Source of the DNA: an uncultured Candidatus Saccharibacteria bacterium
GTDB taxonomy: Bacteria > Patescibacteriota > Minisyncoccia > Phycocordibacterales > UBA12088
Reading direction: 5' to 3'
Length of the DNA stretch: 64,000 bases
Assembly (NCBI GenBank): GCA_964411375.1
Contig: CAYPKR010000002.1
Coordinates: forward strand, 205,259 to 269,258
In this document: in pieces, positions 35,935-45,941 of the stretch
How the letters are laid out: each line of letters starts with the position of its first letter
Numbering within the stretch: position 1 is the stretch's first letter
The notes under the pieces: generated by a model
Databases searched by the model: none
What the model was told of the DNA's origin: nothing
What the model saw: the letters and a program-made list of their open reading frames with translations, nothing else
Program-made: the position numbers and the translations under genes

Positions 35935-36312
35935 GTGAGCAAGAGATCGAGACAAGCCAAAGAGCGGGAGCAGAGGCAGAGAGAGCGAGAGGCTCGAAAG
36001 GCTAGGCGCCTAGGAATTCCGCCACAGCGCCGTAGGCGACACCAAAAGGACGCTGGACTAAGCACTGCAGAGATTGTGGCAGGACTTGAAGCAGCGGCGC
36101 GGCGGGGTAAACCGATTGTCGCAGAAGGCGTGACTCTGAGTCCAGATCAGCCTCAGCCAACTGGTGCACCGAGAGTCAAGGGCAAAAACGGACATGAGGA
36201 TATCCCTCCAGTCCGTTTCGGAAAGAAATTTTCTTCTGGAGATCAAACACCGGTCCCCCCGATGCATCGTGATTGGAAGAAACTGATTGCACATTTTAAA
36301 GCCACCGCCTAG
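35935..36312 (+). CDS. Highly basic hypothetical protein (125 aa)
   Basis: The N-terminus is KRSRQAKEREQRQREREARKARR. GC is above the local average. It is followed by a terminator AAGGCCGCCCCaaGGGGCGGCCTT. Confidence 0.4.
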   Translation: MSKRSRQAKEREQRQREREARKARRLGIPPQRRRRHQKDAGLSTAEIVAGLEAAARRGKPIVAEGVTLSPDQPQPTGAPRVKGKNGHEDIPPVRFGKKFSSGDQTPVPPMHRDWKKLIAHFKATA

Positions 36313-36354
36313 ACAGCGTTTGGCAAGGCCGCCCCAAGGGGCGGCCTTTCCTAT

Positions 36355-37764
36355 TTATGATCCCGTCAAAACATCAATCTGCTGTTGGAAGTATGCGGCG
36401 TTGTCCATTACACCTTCGCCATAAAATGCATATGCTGGTTTTGATGCATTGACCCATCCGGCAAAATAGCGGAGTGCTGCGAGCCGCTCCTTACTTGGAT
36501 TCCCTCCCGCTCCCCCGTTATCCATCATCAAGACTGCTGCTGCCATGATTGCATCGTCCGGACTCCATGGATCCGAAGGGCTCTGCTTCCCCGAAAGTTT
36601 CCGGAGTCGATCGCTTGATTCTTGGTACTCCCACGGCCCTGCCCAGAAATCATTCATAGATACTGATCGTGCGCTATTTGAACAATCATTCGTTCGCGTA
36701 TTGATGAATCCGCCATAACACGCCCACGTGGACGGGATAAACTGCGCTGGTCCCATCGCACCGCCCCAACTCGACGCGCCGCCTTTTTTGGAAACCGGCA
36801 TTTGATTTGGATCATATCCAAGGGTGGCAGTGATCACCTGATACAGGGGGCGATCGCGGGTCGGATGCATATCGACTTGCCAACTACCAGTACCAAGAAA
36901 TTCTCCAAGACTGGTCTCTTGTTTCAAAACACCAAGGATAAGTGCGGGACGCACTCCCGTTGCCTTTCCTGCTTTAGTGGCGAGATCAACTGCTTTTCCA
37001 AATGGAATAGCCGCCGTGTCGCGAAGGGAGAAAAGTTCAGCGCGAATCTGCGCTGCAGTTTTTTCGGTTGCGGCAATCAGTTTTTTGTATGCTGCCTCCT
37101 GCCCTTTCGTCTCATTGACGATTTTTTGCTTTTCTTGTTCCTGATCTTGAATTTTTTTCTGCTGAAGCGCCTGAAGATTGCGGAGCTCAGTTTCATCATC
37201 ACGCTTATTCTGGAGTGTCTCTTTTGCCGCTTCCGTATCTGTTTTCGTATCAGCAATTACGCCAAAAGAATTACGAAGCGCCAGTTTGATCGAATCGTAT
37301 GAATCAAGTTCCTGGAAAAAATCACCGATGTCTCCGTTACTTAAAATGAGTTCAACAATTGACGTGTCGTCGCTTTCGCGTGTTTTTCGAAGGAGTTGCG
37401 CAAGCGATTGTTTTTCACGACCCAATTTTGAATTGAGTGAACCAATCATCATTTCCTTGCCGGCAATGTCATCGGTAATATTCTGAATGGCGATATTGCG
37501 CGCCTGCACATTTAATTTTGCCGCCTTAATCTCTGTGTCGAGAATCGCGACGTCACGCTCATATGATTGACGCTCGCTTTGTTTCGCCTTTAAAAGATTA
37601 TTTTGGTCGGCGATCTGCTGCTCGATTGTGGTGAGGGTTGCTTGGAGGTCGGCTCGACGTTGTGCTACCGCATCAAGAATTTCTTCAGCACGAACCGAAA
37701 ACGGAATAACACTAAGCGAGGTGAGAGTGACCGCGAAGAAAAAATGCCCGTTTCTAAAACGCAT
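36355..37764 (-). CDS. Secreted coiled-coil protein with a C-terminal MltB-like lytic transglycosylase domain
   Basis: A signal peptide, a ~230-aa coiled coil, then LILGVLKQETS and GGAMGPAQFIPSTW, which are MltB/Slt35-family motifs. Confidence 0.55.
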   Translation of the reverse strand: MRFRNGHFFFAVTLTSLSVIPFSVRAEEILDAVAQRRADLQATLTTIEQQIADQNNLLKAKQSERQSYERDVAILDTEIKAAKLNVQARNIAIQNITDDIAGKEMMIGSLNSKLGREKQSLAQLLRKTRESDDTSIVELILSNGDIGDFFQELDSYDSIKLALRNSFGVIADTKTDTEAAKETLQNKRDDETELRNLQALQQKKIQDQEQEKQKIVNETKGQEAAYKKLIAATEKTAAQIRAELFSLRDTAAIPFGKAVDLATKAGKATGVRPALILGVLKQETSLGEFLGTGSWQVDMHPTRDRPLYQVITATLGYDPNQMPVSKKGGASSWGGAMGPAQFIPSTWACYGGFINTRTNDCSNSARSVSMNDFWAGPWEYQESSDRLRKLSGKQSPSDPWSPDDAIMAAAVLMMDNGGAGGNPSKERLAALRYFAGWVNASKPAYAFYGEGVMDNAAYFQQQIDVLTGS

Positions 37765-37829
37765 GTTATTAGTATAGCAAAATCGGCGGGAGAGAAACTC
37801 CCGCCGATTTTGTTCTACGCGTATTTGAA

Positions 37830-38468
37830 TTATTCAGAAGGTTCTGCTCCTTCTTCCTCTTCCTTCTTACCGCGCTCTTCAGAGAGTTCGATTGAAGAAA
37901 GGTCTGCTGGTGCTTCTTCGACTTCTTCTTTAGTTTCTGCAGCGATTGCAACCACTTCTTCAGAACCAGTCAAAATTTCAACACCTGCAGGAACCTTGAT
38001 ATCGCTAACCAAGATCTGCTGTTCGAGTTCGGTGAGGACCGATACATCAACAGTGATTTCGTGTGGAAGATCTTTTGGAAACGCTTCGACTTCGATTTCG
38101 TGGAGTACTTTGACGAGTGCAGCACCCAATTTTTCTGCAGGTGCAGTACCGACGAATTCGATTGGAACAGAAACGGAGACTTTCTTTCCTTTTTCAATAA
38201 CGTAAAAATCAGCGTGTCGAACCACTCCCTTGACTGGCTCGACATCGACTTCATGGATGAGCGCTTCTTTGTCTTCGCCAATACCAGAGAGGACAATTAC
38301 TGAAGATTCGCCAGCCTCCTTCCATACTTTCATGAAATCCACGGTACCAATAGTGATTGGGGTTGATTCCTCCTTTTTGCCATACAAAACAGCCGGGATT
38401 TTACCTCCCTTTCTAATTGAGTCGAGGGCTGTCCCGACATCTCGCTTCTCTATTTGTATAGTCAACAT
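37830..38468 (-). CDS. rplY: 50S ribosomal protein L25 / general stress protein Ctc
   Basis: N-terminal L25 fold (IPAVLYGKKEES...), a Ctc-type C-terminal domain and an acidic tail. Confidence 0.85.
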   Translation of the reverse strand: MLTIQIEKRDVGTALDSIRKGGKIPAVLYGKKEESTPITIGTVDFMKVWKEAGESSVIVLSGIGEDKEALIHEVDVEPVKGVVRHADFYVIEKGKKVSVSVPIEFVGTAPAEKLGAALVKVLHEIEVEAFPKDLPHEITVDVSVLTELEQQILVSDIKVPAGVEILTGSEEVVAIAAETKEEVEEAPADLSSIELSEERGKKEEEEGAEPSE

Positions 38469-38640
38469 GGGCGAAACTATACCTTAGTAGGCTAAAAAAG
38501 GCAAATTCTAAGAGGAATTTTTAGACTCCCATCTCCCTGCGCATACCAACATATTGACATAAAGTTTATTATGTGTTATTTATTTCATAGCACTATGGCA
38601 CAATACCCTACTCTCCCGTACAAAAGGAGGTTGTAAGTAG

Positions 38641-39288
38641 ATGTTGCAGCACCTTGTAAAAGTTGCTCGAACTCGAAGAGAGCTGCGTTATCGTCTACAA
38701 AAAGTTTCCGATGCTACCTCAAAACTCAATGGCTTCAGAAAAGATACACGCCCACGGTTCTACAAACCAGTTAACGGGATCTGGAAGTACGAAGAACGAT
38801 CGATTAGTCATGGGGAAAACAGCCTTGAGACTCTGTTTGAAGTAGTCCAGCACATTGCAGATATCTTGCCTGGCAGGGACTATTTAATTCGTGAGTCCAT
38901 CTGGGATTTCTCGGAATATGTTGTATCTTGGCAAAAAATACTGGAAGGCTATCTCGCTGTCCTCGATCTTCGTGAAAAAACTGGAGTAATGAGTGGGGAA
39001 GAAAAATTATTGGCAGTCGAGCAATCGATCCCCACAATGATCAAGACGGCAAAAACAATATTGGAGGCCGTGAGCGAAGCTGCATTCAATAATACCGCAA
39101 GGGATCTGCTGCGGAACGCGGAAATGATGGAGGAACGGCTCAGAGCGGGAATCGAGGCGATGGAGGCAGTAAAGCAAGCTCAAACGAAAGATGCTGCACT
39201 CTGCGAAAAAATCACAGCTGGGCTAAAAGCTGATCGGCTCTCCTTCAATACAGTGCCTCCCGCCCTTGATGGAATAACTGCAGTATAG
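38641..39288 (+). CDS. Hypothetical protein (215 aa)
   Basis: A strong SD (AAAGGAGG) and a TTGACA/TATTTA-type promoter upstream. A terminator AACGTTCCGAAcgtcagTTCGGAACGTT plus a T-run follows. No motif was found. Confidence 0.45.
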   Translation: MLQHLVKVARTRRELRYRLQKVSDATSKLNGFRKDTRPRFYKPVNGIWKYEERSISHGENSLETLFEVVQHIADILPGRDYLIRESIWDFSEYVVSWQKILEGYLAVLDLREKTGVMSGEEKLLAVEQSIPTMIKTAKTILEAVSEAAFNNTARDLLRNAEMMEERLRAGIEAMEAVKQAQTKDAALCEKITAGLKADRLSFNTVPPALDGITAV

Positions 39289-39349
39289 TGAGAAATGCTG
39301 TGGCCTCTCGTACCAACGTTCCGAACGTCAGTTCGGAACGTTTTCTTTT

Positions 39350-40357
39350 TTACTGATCTCCCTGCTCAAGGCGATCGTAGACGGTTTTTGAAATACTCTT
39401 GATGACGTCTGCGAGATTTTGTGCGTCATTCCCCTTGGTCATAATGCAGAGGACGTACGGCTGATTTTGCTTGTAGACGATGCCGCAATCGCTCAGAAAA
39501 GCGGTTCCGTCTTCCCCGTATCGCTCACCAAATTTATGGGAGACTTGCACACCTTTTGGAACGCCCGCAACGATTCCGTCCTGGAATGATGATTTTGAAA
39601 GCGTCGTTAAGAGTTTTTCAGAGTTAGGAGCATTTAAATACGACGCGTTATAGAGTACCCGGAAAAATGAAGCGAATGTTCGCGCGTCTATTTGGTAGCC
39701 AGAACCGTCACCATTCGGAAGCGGAATTCCCATAATACTTAAAGAATCTTCCATTTCTTTGGTATCGAGCATCGTGCCAAGGAGATTCATCGCGTCGTTA
39801 TCCGAATCAGTGAGCATAAATCCCATCAAATCATTTATCTTGTACGAATTTCCCTGAACAAGATGATTGCCCGATTTGAAATGTTCCCGTTGGTTTAGGG
39901 TAGGTGGCTGTGTTGCGACAACCGTTTGTTCCAAAAAGCCTGGATGTGATTCCTCATGCTTATAGAGACTCATTGCGAGTGGTACTTTAAGCAAACTTGC
40001 TGGTGGTGCTTTAAAATCACCATTAACTGTTGCCCATGGGCCATTTTTTAGATCGCGGAAATATACTGCTCCATCGGTCAGCTTCCCGCCGTTTTTCATT
40101 GTTGCAATCGCATTGTCCAAAAGTTCCTTCAGGTCATTCGCGGTCGCATTCGAGACATTATTTTGATCACCACAAAAGAGGAGCGGGTTTACGAATGTGT
40201 AATTATCCGCTTTTTCTTCAACGTCTGGAGCAAATGATGTATGCGTCGGGAAAAAATCTGAGTTGAGAAGATACCCTCCGGCAAGCCCGAGCACAAATAC
40301 AACCACAATAAGCGGAATAATTGTTCGCTTCGTTTTCCGTGGAGGAGCGCTATCCAT
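39350..40357 (-). CDS. Class A beta-lactamase-like serine hydrolase (membrane anchored)
   Basis: SLLK (the SxxK motif), TDSDNDAMNLL (the SDN loop), a K-x-G element and an N-terminal TM segment. Confidence 0.55.
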   Translation of the reverse strand: MDSAPPRKTKRTIIPLIVVVFVLGLAGGYLLNSDFFPTHTSFAPDVEEKADNYTFVNPLLFCGDQNNVSNATANDLKELLDNAIATMKNGGKLTDGAVYFRDLKNGPWATVNGDFKAPPASLLKVPLAMSLYKHEESHPGFLEQTVVATQPPTLNQREHFKSGNHLVQGNSYKINDLMGFMLTDSDNDAMNLLGTMLDTKEMEDSLSIMGIPLPNGDGSGYQIDARTFASFFRVLYNASYLNAPNSEKLLTTLSKSSFQDGIVAGVPKGVQVSHKFGERYGEDGTAFLSDCGIVYKQNQPYVLCIMTKGNDAQNLADVIKSISKTVYDRLEQGDQ

Positions 40358-40453
40358 TGAAGTAGTGTAGCAGAGCTACACTTTCCTGTGAAAATTCGGT
40401 ACATGCGTGTGGGGAAAAGGTATCGACTTTTCTTCGCATGATATACTTTTTAT

Positions 40454-41452
40454 ATGCAAGAAAACGGATACGACTTCGCCGCAATCGGCGATATTACCAC
40501 TGACGCATTTATTCTCCTCAAGGACGCAGAAGTACATTGCTCGATCGATAACACAAAATGCGAACTGTGCGTCCGCTTTGGCGACAAGATTCCGTATGAG
40601 CGGGTTGATATCATTCGCGCGGTTGGTAATTCGGCGAATGCCTCCGTTTCTGCCGCACGCCTCGGACTTACGTCTGCATTTGTCGGCAATGTTGGTTCTG
40701 ATCAAAACGGTGCAGAATGTATCGAAACGCTCAAAGGAAATGGTGTACATACTGAATTCGTTACTGTCGAGCAAGGAAAAGAAACCAACTATCACTATGT
40801 GCTTCGCTTTGGAGCCGAACGAACTATTCTCGTAAAACACCACGACTATGAGTACAAGGTGCCAAGTTTTCCTTCTGCTCCGAGGTATTTGTATCTTTCT
40901 TCGCTTGGTGAACATTCGCTTCCCTTTCATGTGGAAATCGCGTCCTTTGTAAAAGCGCATCCGGAAACAAAATTGGTCTTCCAACCTGGAACATTCCAGA
41001 TGACCCTCGGTAAGGATACGCTCAAAGATATTTATGCGAATACCGAACTCTTCTTCTGTAATCGTGAAGAAGCAATGCGTATCCTTGGAATCGAGAGTAA
41101 TGAAATCAAACCGCTTCTCGAAGGACTTCGAGCATTCGGACCAAAGATGGTATTCATAACCGACGGTCCTGCTGGTGCATATGCATTTGACGGCAATGAA
41201 GCGCTATTCCTTCCGATGTATCCTGACCCGGCTCCACCGGTGTCGAGAACAGGCGCTGGAGATGCTTTTGCATCAACAGTGACTTCAGCGCTCGCGCTCG
41301 GAAAATCAATGGAGGAAGCCTTTTTGTGGGGTCCGATCAATTCGATGGCAGTTGTCCAACAAGTAGGCGCACAGACCGGACTTCTCCGGAAAGATGAACT
41401 TGAAAATTTCCTTGCGGATGCCCCACCCTCATACAAAATCTCAAAGCTCTAA
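40454..41452 (+). CDS. PfkB family carbohydrate kinase
   Basis: A ribokinase-like fold with a C-terminal GAGDAF anion hole and an N-terminal GG dipeptide region. Confidence 0.8.
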   Translation: MQENGYDFAAIGDITTDAFILLKDAEVHCSIDNTKCELCVRFGDKIPYERVDIIRAVGNSANASVSAARLGLTSAFVGNVGSDQNGAECIETLKGNGVHTEFVTVEQGKETNYHYVLRFGAERTILVKHHDYEYKVPSFPSAPRYLYLSSLGEHSLPFHVEIASFVKAHPETKLVFQPGTFQMTLGKDTLKDIYANTELFFCNREEAMRILGIESNEIKPLLEGLRAFGPKMVFITDGPAGAYAFDGNEALFLPMYPDPAPPVSRTGAGDAFASTVTSALALGKSMEEAFLWGPINSMAVVQQVGAQTGLLRKDELENFLADAPPSYKISKL

Positions 41453-41533
41453 GTAATCCACAGCTTTCATAGGAATTACCCTTAGGCTCCTTGGTACAAT
41501 ACAGGTAATTAATTACTAGAATAGCCTTCGCCT

Positions 41534-41791
41534 ATGAATGAACTTACCAAAGACAAAGCCCTGCTGGTCGTCATGGCGGTCGGCATATTTGCAAGCGGAT
41601 ATTATTTCCACGAATACAATATTTTTTCGGCTCACCAGATTCCAGTACAGTCGGCGTACGACAATACTTCCGCAATTGATAATGATTTGAACGCAAGTGC
41701 CGCAAGCAGCCTCGATGATATTTACCTCAATGATGATGCATTTACTGGTATTGAAGATATCAGTAGTACTGACACGCCAGTCACCGAATAA
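41534..41791 (+). CDS. Small membrane protein (85 aa)
   Basis: One TM segment and an acidic C-terminus. A bidirectional terminator AAAAAATCTGCGCactcGCGCAGATTTTTT lies downstream. Confidence 0.35.
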   Translation: MNELTKDKALLVVMAVGIFASGYYFHEYNIFSAHQIPVQSAYDNTSAIDNDLNASAASSLDDIYLNDDAFTGIEDISSTDTPVTE

Positions 41792-41845
41792 AACTCCTCT
41801 CTTGAGCATACACAAAAAATCTGCGCACTCGCGCAGATTTTTTGT

Positions 41846-42319
41846 TTATGTATTTCGCATCAGTTTGCGACGAAGAATGTACCAAAAAATAATTCCGGAG
41901 AGCAGATCGACAGCAATTCGAGCGAAAGTGAGGAAAATGATAATTGTTGTACGGCGAGAGTCAACAAAATTATGCTCCAACATTGGAATCTCGTATGAAT
42001 AAAGAATACCGAGCCATAAAAGTGTTGCGTATAGCGCAACTGCTTTCTCTCGAGTAATTGAGAAGTAATTCATGACGATATACGCAAGGTATGCAGCGAT
42101 CGCGCCCGAGAGAATTGTCGATACTGCGCCAACCGATTGAGTAATAGCGAGAAGCGTCTTCGTATCCATCTTGTATTCAATAAGTCGTGGCAAGAATGCG
42201 ACGAGACGAAAGGATGATTCATTCCATATAAATCCAAAAAACACTCCGAGTCCGGAGAGTGCCAGCGTTGTTTCAAGTACGCCAAGCTCGTGAGAACCTA
42301 GCCATTCGGATATTTTCAT
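41846..42319 (-). CDS. Hypothetical integral membrane protein (157 aa)
   Basis: 4-5 predicted TM segments. No motif was found. Confidence 0.4.
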   Translation of the reverse strand: MKISEWLGSHELGVLETTLALSGLGVFFGFIWNESSFRLVAFLPRLIEYKMDTKTLLAITQSVGAVSTILSGAIAAYLAYIVMNYFSITREKAVALYATLLWLGILYSYEIPMLEHNFVDSRRTTIIIFLTFARIAVDLLSGIIFWYILRRKLMRNT

Positions 42320-43302
42320 TTTCGCGCGATTACTTTTTTGACCGCAGCGATTATTGAATCGGCATCAAGTCCATACTCTTTCATGAGCTCTCCGGTTTCT
42401 CCTGACTGTCCAAAACGATCATGCACGCCAATAAATTCGATTGGCACTGGATACTCGCGCGCAAGAAGTTCTGCAATCGCGCTTCCCATGCCACCAGTAA
42501 CTTGATGTTCTTCGACGGTTACGACTGCGCCTGTTTGCTTCGCAGCAACAAGAATAGTCTCTCGATCGAGTGGTTTTACCGTGTGATTGTTCACGACTTG
42601 CACATTGATTCCTTCTGCTTCAAGGGTTCGAGCTGCTTGAAGCGCATTATGGAGAAGCGCACCACACCCGATTATCGCTACTTGCGGATTATCACTATTC
42701 CACATGGAGTATGCCGTACCAATTTCAAATGGAGTCTCCGTAGTCGTCATAACCGGCGTTTTTTCCCTCCCAAACCGAAGGTAGGTTGGAACTCCATTTT
42801 CTGCCGCAGCAATAGTTGCTTTTTTTCCTTCTTCGGAGTCACACGGGATGATTACCATCATATTAGGAAGCATTCGCATGAGCCCAATGTCTTCAAGCGC
42901 TTGATGAGTCGCACCATCTGGACCGACTGAAATCCCCGCATGCATGCCGCAGATTTTGACCGGTACATTATTTATGGCGATGGTTGTCCGAATCTGTTCA
43001 TTATTTCGTCCCGGATTAAATGCTGCGTACGAAGCGATAAATGGAATTTTTCCATAATTTGCAAAGCCAGAGCCGATTGCAGCAAGATTTTGCTCTGCGA
43101 CGCCGAGTTCAATATATCGATCGGGAAATTTTTCCTTAAACCAATGTGATCGTGTTGATTCTGCTAAATCAGCGCAGAGCACGACAACGTCGCTATTTTT
43201 TCCTCCTGCTTCGACAACGCCACGTCCAAATCCATCCCGAGTCGGCACCATCTCCGGCTTTTCAAACATAGTCTGTGCGAGTTTGAGGGATTCGTTTACC
43301 AT
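42316..43302 (-). CDS. Transketolase, C-terminal subunit
   Basis: A Pyr domain followed by a transketolase C domain (GPDGATHQALEDIGLMR). Confidence 0.85.
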   Translation of the reverse strand: MVNESLKLAQTMFEKPEMVPTRDGFGRGVVEAGGKNSDVVVLCADLAESTRSHWFKEKFPDRYIELGVAEQNLAAIGSGFANYGKIPFIASYAAFNPGRNNEQIRTTIAINNVPVKICGMHAGISVGPDGATHQALEDIGLMRMLPNMMVIIPCDSEEGKKATIAAAENGVPTYLRFGREKTPVMTTTETPFEIGTAYSMWNSDNPQVAIIGCGALLHNALQAARTLEAEGINVQVVNNHTVKPLDRETILVAAKQTGAVVTVEEHQVTGGMGSAIAELLAREYPVPIEFIGVHDRFGQSGETGELMKEYGLDADSIIAAVKKVIARK

Positions 43303-43305
43303 AGT

Positions 43306-43557
43306 TTATGCGTATGCATTCTGGAGATATCGACGGAAAAAGATATTGAAGCCAATAAGTATCAAGGATACCGCAACAATCATGTAGAAATTGGGAACGG
43401 TCGTGAGACAGCTTGTTTGGCCAAATGCCGCACTGTACAAATATTCCGATGGACACATACGAAACACTCGCGTAAGTGCAACAAAAAAGCCAAACTGAAT
43501 TGCGATGTCAGGAAGATACGTATTGATGCGACTGAAAATGCTTGATTTGTTATTCAT
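43306..43557 (-). CDS. Small membrane protein inserted between the transketolase subunits (83 aa)
   Basis: 2 predicted TM segments. No motif was found. Confidence 0.3.
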   Translation of the reverse strand: MNNKSSIFSRINTYLPDIAIQFGFFVALTRVFRMCPSEYLYSAAFGQTSCLTTVPNFYMIVAVSLILIGFNIFFRRYLQNAYA

Positions 43558-43563
43558 AGGTAA

Positions 43564-44484
43564 TTATTGATGTTCGCTTTCAATTCTTCCTCCGAGCGTT
43601 CGAAGTTCGTCTAAGAATTTTTTTGCATCTTCCCTCGAAGGCGGTTTGCCGTGCCAGTTATAGTCAAATTCAATTTCTTTGATTCCCTTTCCTGGAATCG
43701 TATGCGCCAAGATCAAAGTCGGTCGTTCATAAATTGCTTTTGCTTCTTCAACTGCATCGACGATTTCTTCCATATTATGTCCGTCAATCTCAATGACATG
43801 CCAATTGAACGCGCGATATTTATCGGCAATTGGTTCTAACGGCATCACCATTTCAGTCATGCCGTCAATCTGGATATTGTTCCGATCCATAATTGCCGTG
43901 AGATTGGAAAGTTTATTTGCGCCTATAAACATTGCTGCTTCCCAAATATTTCCTGCATCCTGTTCACCATCAGACATAACAACGTAGGTGCGGAATTTCT
44001 TTTTATCCATTCGCCCTGCATACGCAATTCCCGCGGCCTGCGATAATCCACTCCCCAAAGGTCCAGACGTTGTCTCAAGTCCCGGGAGTCGTTCACGCTC
44101 GGGATGTCCTTGAAGACGTGAACCAAATTTGCGAAGCGTAAGTGTTTCTTTTACATCAAAATATCCCGCATGCGCCATTGCAGCGTAGCGAACCGGCACA
44201 ATGTGTCCATTTGAAAGAATAAGTCGATCCCGATCTGGTAGTGCAGGATTTTTTGGATCATGTTTCAAAATATGGAAATAGAGTGCAGTAAAAATATCTG
44301 CCATGCCGAGAGGTCCTGCAGTGTGTCCGGACCCCGCTTCGGTCAGCATTGAAATAATTGTTTGGCGAATCTTATTCGCTTGGACAGCAAGTTCAACGCT
44401 TTTTGTTTCGGTTACATACCCCATGATACGACACTTATATTGAACGGAACCACTCGATTGTATCTTTGATCGAATCGCTCCCAA
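43564..44484 (-). CDS. Transketolase, N-terminal (TPP-binding) subunit
   Basis: GSGHTAGPLGMADIFTALYF and the GDG...NN TPP motif of the split transketolase. Confidence 0.85.
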   Translation of the reverse strand: MGAIRSKIQSSGSVQYKCRIMGYVTETKSVELAVQANKIRQTIISMLTEAGSGHTAGPLGMADIFTALYFHILKHDPKNPALPDRDRLILSNGHIVPVRYAAMAHAGYFDVKETLTLRKFGSRLQGHPERERLPGLETTSGPLGSGLSQAAGIAYAGRMDKKKFRTYVVMSDGEQDAGNIWEAAMFIGANKLSNLTAIMDRNNIQIDGMTEMVMPLEPIADKYRAFNWHVIEIDGHNMEEIVDAVEEAKAIYERPTLILAHTIPGKGIKEIEFDYNWHGKPPSREDAKKFLDELRTLGGRIESEHQ

Positions 44485-45109
44485 ACACTGCGGAACCTGA
44501 AACTAATTTTTGTACTCCGGCTTCAACGAGCTTCGGCGCAGTCTCGTGGTTCACGCCAATGTCGATACTTATTGTAACCTGCGGAAAGCGTGCGTGTATA
44601 TCTGCAATTTTTTCATATACCCTCGAGTCGAGCGAGGTTCCTTGCATGCCGATGTGATCGCTTCCCATGCATTGAATAAACGCTGCTTTTTCAATCCATT
44701 TTTCGATTTCAGATGTATCTGTCGAAGGCTTGAGTGCGATCCCAAGTTCAATTCCTCGCTCTTCAGCACGAAGGAATAAATCATCGAGTACCGTGTCGGT
44801 CACACTTTCGCGGTGCACGATGAGCGCCGAAGCGCCCACCGCAACCCATTCATCAAAAAGATGTGCGGGGTCTTGAACCATCATATCGATTTCATACGAT
44901 AATGATTCCCACGAAGGCAAGCCACGCTCTTCTTTGACGAGCGATGCGAATTCACCGTGATCATTTTTAAATGGCCACGTTTTGCCTTCTGCAAAAACGC
45001 CATCAACAATATCTACTTGTACACGAGAAACGAGCGACGCAACTCGCGTGGCATTCTCTTCAAGCTCAGCAAAATCAGCGGGAAGGATTGCGGGGATGAT
45101 TTCAGCCAT
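44435..45109 (-). CDS. rpe: Ribulose-phosphate 3-epimerase-like TIM barrel
   Basis: IIPAILPADFAELEE...VDIVDGVF...VSGSAVFG, an Rpe-like pattern in a pentose-phosphate neighbourhood. Confidence 0.7.
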   Translation of the reverse strand: MAEIIPAILPADFAELEENATRVASLVSRVQVDIVDGVFAEGKTWPFKNDHGEFASLVKEERGLPSWESLSYEIDMMVQDPAHLFDEWVAVGASALIVHRESVTDTVLDDLFLRAEERGIELGIALKPSTDTSEIEKWIEKAAFIQCMGSDHIGMQGTSLDSRVYEKIADIHARFPQVTISIDIGVNHETAPKLVEAGVQKLVSGSAVFGSDSIKDTIEWFRSI

Positions 45110-45614
45110 GCAAAGTATCGATTATGTGGTCTATTTTTTTGATGCGGCGCAGATGTCGTTCTTCGCCTTGAAATGATGTGTCGATAAATAGCGATACAGC
45201 GCGAAGCGCTTCTTCGACATTCAAAAATCTTGCAGCAAGAGAAAGTACATTTGCATCATCATGTTCACGCATAAGATGAATGATTGCAAAGGGATCAACG
45301 CTTTCTTTTCCCGCAGCATCGATTGGCGCTTTGGGCAGTATGCTTCCATAAAACACGCCAGCGCGAACACCCTTGAAGCGATTTGCAACAATCGCCTCGC
45401 CTTCTCCTGAACCACCAAGAATGATTCCTCGCGTATTTTCTGGATCTTTCGAAACACGCTCTGCAAGCGGTGCAATGAAATCAGGATAATCATCATTCGG
45501 ATCAAGTGAATGCGGGCCAAGATCTTCAACGTCCACACTTCTCCCCGCGAGAAACTTCATAATTTCTCCTTTGAGATAAAATCCTGCGTGGTCTGACGCG
45601 AGTAGAATTTTCAT
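45102..45614 (-). CDS. rpiB: Ribose-5-phosphate isomerase B
   Basis: MKILLASDHAGFYLK, the RpiB/LacAB family. Confidence 0.85.
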   Translation of the reverse strand: MKILLASDHAGFYLKGEIMKFLAGRSVDVEDLGPHSLDPNDDYPDFIAPLAERVSKDPENTRGIILGGSGEGEAIVANRFKGVRAGVFYGSILPKAPIDAAGKESVDPFAIIHLMREHDDANVLSLAARFLNVEEALRAVSLFIDTSFQGEERHLRRIKKIDHIIDTLHG

Positions 45615-45623
45615 AGTAGATGA

Positions 45624-45926
45624 TTACTGGAGTGTGGCGAGTTGCGGAAATAAGAAGAGAAAAAATGCAGGATTGAAGAAAACCGCAACAATAATCGCAA
45701 ACACGCCAAAGCCGGTCATCGGTTTTTTCGCGAAGAGGTATCCGAATCCATACATAAGCGAAGTGATCACGAAATAATGGTAGAGGAGGAACAGAAAAAT
45801 AAGTCCGATTCCCACTGGATTGAGAAGAATCCCAAAGAGTGAGATGAAGATTGGAATGTACGTTCCTTCGAGGACAAGCTGTCCGAGAATTGCCGCAATT
45901 GCGAGTAGAACGAAGAATCGTTTCAT
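45624..45926 (-). CDS. Small hydrophobic membrane protein (100 aa)
   Basis: 3 predicted TM segments. Confidence 0.35.
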   Translation of the reverse strand: MKRFFVLLAIAAILGQLVLEGTYIPIFISLFGILLNPVGIGLIFLFLLYHYFVITSLMYGFGYLFAKKPMTGFGVFAIIVAVFFNPAFFLFLFPQLATLQ

Positions 45927-45941
45927 GGTTGGAAAAAATTA

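Noticed and set aside
40376-40984. 202-aa minus-strand ORF overlapping the PfkB kinase gene
   Set aside because: It is antisense to a well-supported kinase ORF with GAGD and GG motifs, and it has no motifs or RBS of its own.
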